Below are positions 57,663 through 64,000 of a stretch of DNA of 64,000 nucleotides, piece by piece (the first letter of the stretch is position 1; each line of letters begins with the position of its first letter). The translations under genes and the position numbers were made by a program. Source of the stretch: an uncultured Prevotellaceae bacterium (GTDB lineage Bacteria; Bacteroidota; Bacteroidia; Bacteroidales; Bacteroidaceae); the NCBI GenBank assembly GCA_947174945.1, contig CAMWKZ010000011.1:4374-68373 (forward strand), in the 5' to 3' direction. Under the pieces are notes generated by a model. That model was not told where the DNA came from and searched no databases. It worked only from the letters and a program-made list of their open reading frames with translations.

Positions 57663-60600
57663 TCAGAATCCAACGTTAAGAGAAAGTGTAAACTGCCTTG
57701 AACGCGGTGTTTGAGAAGCATCGGCAGCTACACCGTAGCCTTGCGGAGAAATTTCCGGGTCTACACCGCTGTACTTCGTCCAGACGCACAGGTTGTTCAT
57801 AGAAGCATACAGTTGCAACTGATTCAAACCCCACTTGCTGATGATTTTCTTGTCGAAGTTATAAGAAAGCTGCAAGTTCTGGAAACGCACGAATCCACCG
57901 TCTTCCACAAAACGGTCAGAAGGCTGGAAGTTGTACGACGCATTGTACATGGCACGTGGAATAGGTGTGATGTCACCATCCTTACGCCAGCGGTAGTTTA
58001 CTGTAGCACACTGGTTATAGGTATCAAACATCTTCTCCAAGTTCTGACGGGCGAGGTTGACAACCTTGTTGCCGAAACGATACATGAAGCGGGCTTTCAG
58101 ACTCCATTTGCCGTAGTGGAAGGTGAAGTTGAAACCACCGTTTACCTTTGGCAGTGAGTTGCCAAGGTAGACTACGTCAAGTCCGTTAATCTGACCGTCG
58201 TGGTTGATGTCCTCATAAATAGCATCACCACCCTGGAAGGTGTAGGTCTGTGAACCGACACCATTGGTGTTCTCGTAGTTGAATCTCTGGCGCATGGGGT
58301 GACCTGTACCGTCCATCAGCACAGTACCGTCCTCACGGACAACAACAGGGAATGTCTTGCCTTCAGCCAGCATACCGTTGATGGCAGCCTCATACTCAGC
58401 ATTGCTCCAGTTATTTTCCTTCTGCAGGTTCTCCAGATAGTCGTAGCCATATTGGTAGACACCTTTGTAACGGAAACCGTAGATAGAACCCAGTGAGTTG
58501 TTTAGCTGTACGCGGAGCGGCCAGTTACCACGCTGGTCAATAGCCCATCCTGAACCAGTCTTACCATTGCTGTAATTAGTATAGTAGGTGTTCATGAACT
58601 CCAGCACACTTTCGTCCATCTCTTTCAGCATGTTAGAGTTCTGGGCGACGTTAAAGCTGACATCCATAGAGAACTTACCCTTCTTGATGAGCTTGTTAGC
58701 CGAGATATTCATTTCCCAACCGTCGTTGTTCATCTGACCGACATTCTTGTAGGCCAGTGAGCTGAAGCCCATCGTTGACAGAATGTCTACGGGGTTCATC
58801 AGCAGGTCCTTGGTCACCTTGTGGTAGTAGTCGAAGTCCAGCTCAATCTTGTCGTTCAGGAATCCAACGTTGAAACCGAGGTTATAGCTGGTCGTCTTCT
58901 CCCAGCGCAGGTCGTCAAGTTTCAGACCGCTGAGCGATACCGTTGGTTGCAAGGTAGTAGAGCTGAAACCATAGCCGTCTGAACTGCTGTAGGTGTTATA
59001 GAACAGGTAGTTGGCATTGGGTGCTCTACCGTTGACACCCCATGAAGCGCGCAGTCCGAGCATAGACAGCCAGTTGCCTTTGATTTTCTTCATGAAAGGC
59101 TCGTCGCTAACATTGTATCGGGCAGACACACCGGGGAAGAGTGCCCACTTGTTCTTAGGGCCGAACTTAGAGTTACCGTCGGCACGCAGTGAGAATCCGA
59201 AGCTGTAGCGGCCATCCTTATAAGACAAGTGACCATTGTAGAGCAAGGCCTGTTCGGCAGAACGGCTATTGCTGCTCTCCATTGCAGCCAGCCAAGCATA
59301 GATAGTAGGCGATGTAAGACCAGTAGGCAGGTTGTTCATCGTGTTCGACTGCTTGTTGTATTTCTGGGTGCTCATGTCGTAGCGGGCCAGCATCGTGACA
59401 AACCAGTCCTCATTCTTGAAATGCGGGGTATACACCAGTTCTACGCGGCCACCAACCTTAATACGGTTACTTTCCGTGTTGGTGCTGGGGTTGTAGTTTC
59501 CTGCTGTCCAAGCATTGCTGGTCAGTGATGCGGGGAAGTAGGTTGGGGTACTGTTGGCATAGATATCGAAGTCAACGCGTCCGTTCAGTGTCAGTCGGCT
59601 CTTGTCAGGCTCAGTGCCCAGCAACTCGTATTTAATACTAAAGTCAGGAGTTAGACGGTAGGTGTTCTCCTTGGCCCATGCCATATTGGCAATAGCTATA
59701 GGGTTGCCCAGCGCCTTGATGTCCTTCAACTGCGTTGATGAGTAGTTTCCGTTGGCAGGGTTGCCTTCCGGGTTCATGATATAATATTCGTCAGTGTCAG
59801 AACCATCCATGCGCTGGCGGTAGATGCTCATGTTAGGAGCAATCATCTGGGCCTTACCCAGCAGGTTGTTCTTGCTGCCGCCGTCCCAGTTCATGTCGTT
59901 ACCTGTATAGGTCAGGGCAAAGTTGGTCGAGAAACGGATACGGTCACTAACATTGTAGTCCAATACCAGACGTGTGGTGAACTGCTGGAATTTCTGCTTG
60001 ATGATAGTACCTGTCTGGTGCTTGTAACCTGCAGAAATACGGAAGGTAGCCTTTTGGCCGCCACCCGTGAGGTTCATGTTGTACTCGTGCATGGCACCAA
60101 ACTGCTTCACGGCTTTCACCCAGTCGGTGTTGTTGTCCCAGTTCTGAGCCTCACTCCAACGGTCAGAGCCCAGATAGTTGATTTCATTGATATTAGCCGT
60201 TGCGTTGGGGTCCTGAGTAGGATTGTAGAACTCTTCCTTCAGCAGCATTGTGTAGCTGTCACCGTCGAGCAGGTTATAGCCCTTAGGCTGCCACGTACCC
60301 GTAAACTTATAAGAGAAGTTGACACGGGGTTTACCACGTGTACCATGCTTGGTTGTAATCAGAATAACACCGTTAGAACCTTGCGCACCCCATACGGCGG
60401 TGGCAGCGGCATCTTTCAGCACCGTGATGCTGGCGATATCCTCCACGTTGACCGAAAGCAGCGAGGCATATTGTTCCTCATTGGCGTTGGCAAAGTCGAA
60501 GTCCTCATCAGGGTTGTCGAACACTTTGTCATCAACAACAATCAGCGGGTTGGCATTGCCATTGATTGACGTTACACCACGCAAGCGCATTGACGTTCCA

Positions 60601-61106
60601 GCACCCAAGTTACCTGAGTTTGATACAATGTCAAGTCCGGCAATCTCACCCTGCAGGGCTTCGTCTGCTGAAGTAAAGGCCATACCCTTTACGTTTTCCA
60701 AATCGAAGGTCTGCTGTGACACAGATACCTCTTTCTTTGATATCATCAGACCGCCCGAATGAGAACGCTTGGCCTTGATAACCACTTCCTGCAGCTGCGT
60801 GCCTTCGGCTTCGAGCTTGATATTGAACACGGTACGGTTACCGATGGTCACAACTTGTGTCTTGTCTCCTACATACGAGAAGACCAGCTTATTCTTGGTA
60901 CTCTTCACCTGCATGGAGAAGTTGCCGTTGAAGTCGGTCTGCACAGCCGAGACAATACGGTTGTTGGCATCACGCTCAACGACGTTGGCCATCATGATGG
61001 GGCCGTCGGCATCGGTCAGCGTACCCGATATACGCACTCCCTGTGCCATCAGCACTTGGCTGACGACAGTGAGCATAGCCGTAAATAATAGCTTCTTAAA
61101 TGTCAT
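57663..61106 (-). CDS. SusC/RagA TonB-dependent transporter
   Basis: DIASITVLKDAAATAVWGAQGSNGVILITTKHG, LRWEKT, RFVEDGGFVR, TKYSGVDPE, terminal VGF. Confidence 0.97.
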   Translation of the reverse strand: MTFKKLLFTAMLTVVSQVLMAQGVRISGTLTDADGPIMMANVVERDANNRIVSAVQTDFNGNFSMQVKSTKNKLVFSYVGDKTQVVTIGNRTVFNIKLEAEGTQLQEVVIKAKRSHSGGLMISKKEVSVSQQTFDLENVKGMAFTSADEALQGEIAGLDIVSNSGNLGAGTSMRLRGVTSINGNANPLIVVDDKVFDNPDEDFDFANANEEQYASLLSVNVEDIASITVLKDAAATAVWGAQGSNGVILITTKHGTRGKPRVNFSYKFTGTWQPKGYNLLDGDSYTMLLKEEFYNPTQDPNATANINEINYLGSDRWSEAQNWDNNTDWVKAVKQFGAMHEYNMNLTGGGQKATFRISAGYKHQTGTIIKQKFQQFTTRLVLDYNVSDRIRFSTNFALTYTGNDMNWDGGSKNNLLGKAQMIAPNMSIYRQRMDGSDTDEYYIMNPEGNPANGNYSSTQLKDIKALGNPIAIANMAWAKENTYRLTPDFSIKYELLGTEPDKSRLTLNGRVDFDIYANSTPTYFPASLTSNAWTAGNYNPSTNTESNRIKVGGRVELVYTPHFKNEDWFVTMLARYDMSTQKYNKQSNTMNNLPTGLTSPTIYAWLAAMESSNSRSAEQALLYNGHLSYKDGRYSFGFSLRADGNSKFGPKNKWALFPGVSARYNVSDEPFMKKIKGNWLSMLGLRASWGVNGRAPNANYLFYNTYSSSDGYGFSSTTLQPTVSLSGLKLDDLRWEKTTSYNLGFNVGFLNDKIELDFDYYHKVTKDLLMNPVDILSTMGFSSLAYKNVGQMNNDGWEMNISANKLIKKGKFSMDVSFNVAQNSNMLKEMDESVLEFMNTYYTNYSNGKTGSGWAIDQRGNWPLRVQLNNSLGSIYGFRYKGVYQYGYDYLENLQKENNWSNAEYEAAINGMLAEGKTFPVVVREDGTVLMDGTGHPMRQRFNYENTNGVGSQTYTFQGGDAIYEDINHDGQINGLDVVYLGNSLPKVNGGFNFTFHYGKWSLKARFMYRFGNKVVNLARQNLEKMFDTYNQCATVNYRWRKDGDITPIPRAMYNASYNFQPSDRFVEDGGFVRFQNLQLSYNFDKKIISKWGLNQLQLYASMNNLCVWTKYSGVDPEISPQGYGVAADASQTPRSRQFTLSLNVGF

Positions 61107-61127
61107 ATTATTGAGCCTTTATAGGTT

Positions 61128-63980
61128 TTACTTTTTCTTAATCTGTAAAGCACTGTAGTCGAACTTCTGTCCAGAGTAGAGTGCCTCGTCGATTTCATGT
61201 ACCACACAGAATGATGAGGTGTAGATAGAGGTAGCCTTGGTGCGCTCGTTGTCGAACCAGTAGTCGCGGCACATCAGGTTAATCAGCTTGCCTTTAGAGT
61301 TGTCAACAGTCACCGTGTGGGTGTGACGGCCTTGTGCGTCTTTCTGACCGTCAGCCACGTACAGCTTATCGTTGCCTCCCGTGACGTCCATTTCGATAGC
61401 CAGTCCCATAGAGTTGGTGCTCATACTGTTGAAGCGTCCACCAATAACCTTATGGTCGGCATATATCGATACGCTCTGGAAATGGTAGCGGGCAAAGTCG
61501 CTCATCTGGTCAATCATCATTTTGGCCTTCTTCTGGGCTTTCTCTGCTGCTGCGCCAGTCTCGTCAGCATATTCGTTATACATCTCTTCTATCTCTTCCC
61601 ACTTAGGCAGTCCGGCTGCGTAGGCAGCCTTCATGGCATCGTTGTTGGGGGCGTAGAGCGTATAATTATAGGTGTTAAACATCTTGACGTTGTAGTCCAT
61701 ACAGCTGTTTCGACCCTCTGCTGATGTGCCTCGGTTGGCTGTAAAGATACGGTAGGCATCCTGCTCGGTAGTACCGAAAGCATTGGGGGTGTTGCTGATA
61801 CCTGCCCACTTCAGCCAGTCGCTGTTAGAGAATTTGTCGCAGAAGTCAAGGAACTCAGAGAAACGGTCAAGGTGGTCCTGCAATGTCTTATAGACACTGT
61901 TGCGTGGAGCCTGAATGATGTGGTTGATACGGAATGCTGTTCCGTTCTTCTCGGGATAGACGGCGGTGATGCGCGATGCGTCCACACCGTTGTCTATCTG
62001 CTGTCCGCTCATTACCACGTCGTTCACCTGATATGACTTGTTCGGCAGGTAAATCTCACCTCCGTGTTTGGTCTTATAATATTTATTGACTCCCAAAGGA
62101 ATAGTGTCAAGCACGATGGTGTGGTAGTTCAGAATGTCAATCAGCAGCGGATAGATGGCAGAAGCATTGGCATTATTATCTGCCAAGTTGATAACTCGTC
62201 CGTTGTTCAGCGCAGCGCCTACTGTGTTGGTGGTGGGATTGTAGGCAAACTCACGGGCGCGAACACTGGCACCGCTGATATACTGTCGTCCGTTCACGAT
62301 GGTAGTGTCAGCCTCGTAAGAGAATCTGAGGGCACGGGGCTGGGCACGCTTCAGTGATACGGGGTCTACATAGTACGTGTTGAAGGCAGCATCGTCTGGG
62401 ATAAAGAATCCAAACTGCGACTTCATGGCCATCAGGTAGAAGTAGAAGTAAACCTTCAGATAGGTCTTGTCGTCGATAGCCCAGTTCATCACCTGCATAT
62501 CCTTATATACTGAGGCAGGAGCCTTTACCGAGCGGAACTCGTCGGGAGCTATCAGTTCGTTCATCTTATAGATAACACCATTGTTGGCAAACTTGATGTC
62601 ATAGGTGCCGTCCGTTTTCTTGGCCAGTGTGTTGGTGGTGATACCCATGTACTCGTTGGCATCAGAGAAGATGGTGGTGAACTTGCTGGGCACCGTTGCC
62701 GTGAAGCTGGGGCGCATCAGGTTGTTCAGGAACTTGGCCAGAATGTCAGGACGCTGTGCGAACAGCGAGTCCAGATTCTCCTTCAGCTTTTCCTTGGTGT
62801 TCTCCACCTTGCCAGCTGTATTGTGACAACCGTAGAGGTCTATCAGGTAGGCACCGTCCCCCCCCTCAAGGAAGAACTTCTCCACAGCATCGTCGGTAGG
62901 AATGAACATGGCACCAACGTCACCGATGCTACGTGAACCTGTAGTTGGAGAATACTGGTTCCAACCCGGGTCAAATTTCAGTTTTGACGTACCGTTGATG
63001 AGCTTGCCATCGGGATAAGTTCCCTGTGAATGATGGCTGTCGTCAGTATAATAGCGTAGCTCATAAATCATGTCAACAGGCTGCTGACCGTTCTCCAGAG
63101 CCACGGCATTGTACTGCTCGGTTATTCTCGGGTTCTCGTATGGAGCGCAATAGTAGTCCAGAATGCGGCTGAAGTAACCAGTCTGGTTGTCGCCTCTCAG
63201 CACCTGAGCCATATTGCCCGGTGGTACGATGACATCCTGCATCTGGTGGATATAACCATTCTGGCAGGTTACGTCGTTTTTGATAATCTGGTCGCCGTAG
63301 ACGTATGCCATGCCGTCTTTGTACTCTGAACCAGTCAGGATAGCAAAGTCGTTGTCAAAGTCCTTGTCGCCAGACACCTTGATGCTGTTGTTCAGCATGT
63401 GCTCACGGGTAAAGTGCAGCATCATGGGGACGGTGGCATCGCTCACGAGGTAGATACCCTTGTCGCGGTAGTCGTCCCAGAGCGTGTTGCCCTGAGGCAT
63501 CAGGTTACCATCAGTCAGGTGCTGGATGGTGTCTACCACGTTCACGTTGGTCTCGTGCTTCATGGCTACACCAGCTTCCATGCCCTCGCCGTCGTGTACA
63601 TTCGACAGCATACCCACCAGCATGGCGTTTTTAAGCATAGAGTTGTACAGCAGCAGTTTCTTCTGGGCCTGTGTCAGGTCCTCATAGCTGCGCACACCCC
63701 AGGTGTTAGAAGAGAAGAACCGTTGGAACGCCTCGTCGTTGGCGGGGAATACGGTCATCGAACCTGTGCGGTTCAACGTCTCGGAATAACCAAGGTCGTC
63801 GATAAGCCGCAGGTAGGTTGAGAACGTACCCGTCAGTTGCGTTGGGTTCTTCAGTTCCTGGTAGATGCTTTCACCAAGCCATGACGGCTTGCTTTCTTCA
63901 TCCACCACCGCGTTCTTTTCAACGCAGGCGGTCATCAATCCCGTTAAAACGAGAGAGATACAGAAAATGAATTTTTTCAT
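61128..63980 (-). CDS. Multi-fasciclin-domain lipoprotein
   Basis: Lipobox MTAC; MTVFPANDEAF, NGYIHQM, MFIPTDDA, NGVIYKMN, YTLYAPNNDAM, VVHEID. Confidence 0.87.
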   Translation of the reverse strand: MKKFIFCISLVLTGLMTACVEKNAVVDEESKPSWLGESIYQELKNPTQLTGTFSTYLRLIDDLGYSETLNRTGSMTVFPANDEAFQRFFSSNTWGVRSYEDLTQAQKKLLLYNSMLKNAMLVGMLSNVHDGEGMEAGVAMKHETNVNVVDTIQHLTDGNLMPQGNTLWDDYRDKGIYLVSDATVPMMLHFTREHMLNNSIKVSGDKDFDNDFAILTGSEYKDGMAYVYGDQIIKNDVTCQNGYIHQMQDVIVPPGNMAQVLRGDNQTGYFSRILDYYCAPYENPRITEQYNAVALENGQQPVDMIYELRYYTDDSHHSQGTYPDGKLINGTSKLKFDPGWNQYSPTTGSRSIGDVGAMFIPTDDAVEKFFLEGGDGAYLIDLYGCHNTAGKVENTKEKLKENLDSLFAQRPDILAKFLNNLMRPSFTATVPSKFTTIFSDANEYMGITTNTLAKKTDGTYDIKFANNGVIYKMNELIAPDEFRSVKAPASVYKDMQVMNWAIDDKTYLKVYFYFYLMAMKSQFGFFIPDDAAFNTYYVDPVSLKRAQPRALRFSYEADTTIVNGRQYISGASVRAREFAYNPTTNTVGAALNNGRVINLADNNANASAIYPLLIDILNYHTIVLDTIPLGVNKYYKTKHGGEIYLPNKSYQVNDVVMSGQQIDNGVDASRITAVYPEKNGTAFRINHIIQAPRNSVYKTLQDHLDRFSEFLDFCDKFSNSDWLKWAGISNTPNAFGTTEQDAYRIFTANRGTSAEGRNSCMDYNVKMFNTYNYTLYAPNNDAMKAAYAAGLPKWEEIEEMYNEYADETGAAAEKAQKKAKMMIDQMSDFARYHFQSVSIYADHKVIGGRFNSMSTNSMGLAIEMDVTGGNDKLYVADGQKDAQGRHTHTVTVDNSKGKLINLMCRDYWFDNERTKATSIYTSSFCVVHEIDEALYSGQKFDYSALQIKKK

Positions 63981-64000
63981 AAATAGCTATTTATTAATAA

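Noticed and set aside
37667-64000. Pectin locus as an island integrated at tRNA-Gln(TTG)
   Set aside because: No integrase, no duplicated tRNA 3' end and no mobility genes were seen in the window; the far boundary may lie outside it, so this is unsupported rather than excluded.

Overview
A 64-kb chromosomal segment from a Bacteroidota bacterium, most likely a gut or rumen Prevotella-type organism. This is inferred from TAnnTTTG promoter boxes, A-rich translation starts without Shine-Dalgarno motifs, SusC/SusD genes and short T9SS-type C-terminal tails. The first ~37.7 kb is mostly housekeeping: rsfS-ftsH-cdsA-GH5-dnaG-cls, corA, rmuC, surE-lpxB, korAB with a DASS transporter, a nucleoside kinase, a Na/Pi cotransporter, an Oar-like TonB-dependent transporter with a BACON/OB-fold lipoprotein, an M16 peptidase, metK-DUF4271-hemD-rnpA-yidD-tyrS, and two tRNA-Gln genes. 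The last ~26 kb is a pectin (rhamnogalacturonan-I-type) locus: three secreted proteins (unknown, PL11, PL1) converge on a fasciclin-SusC-SusD-fasciclin-fasciclin-SusC-SusD operon. No transposase, integrase, phage gene or CRISPR array was seen. The most unusual signals are non-coding: (i) five intergenic arrays from three unrelated sequence families, all with an exact 22-bp period and all next to an intrinsic terminator; (ii) a stand-alone ~130-nt candidate sRNA with its own promoter and terminator; (iii) a uORF-plus-hairpin leader upstream of corA; (iv) a GC-rich multi-stem element after tRNA-Gln(CTG). All family assignments are from recognising motifs by eye; no database searches were run.
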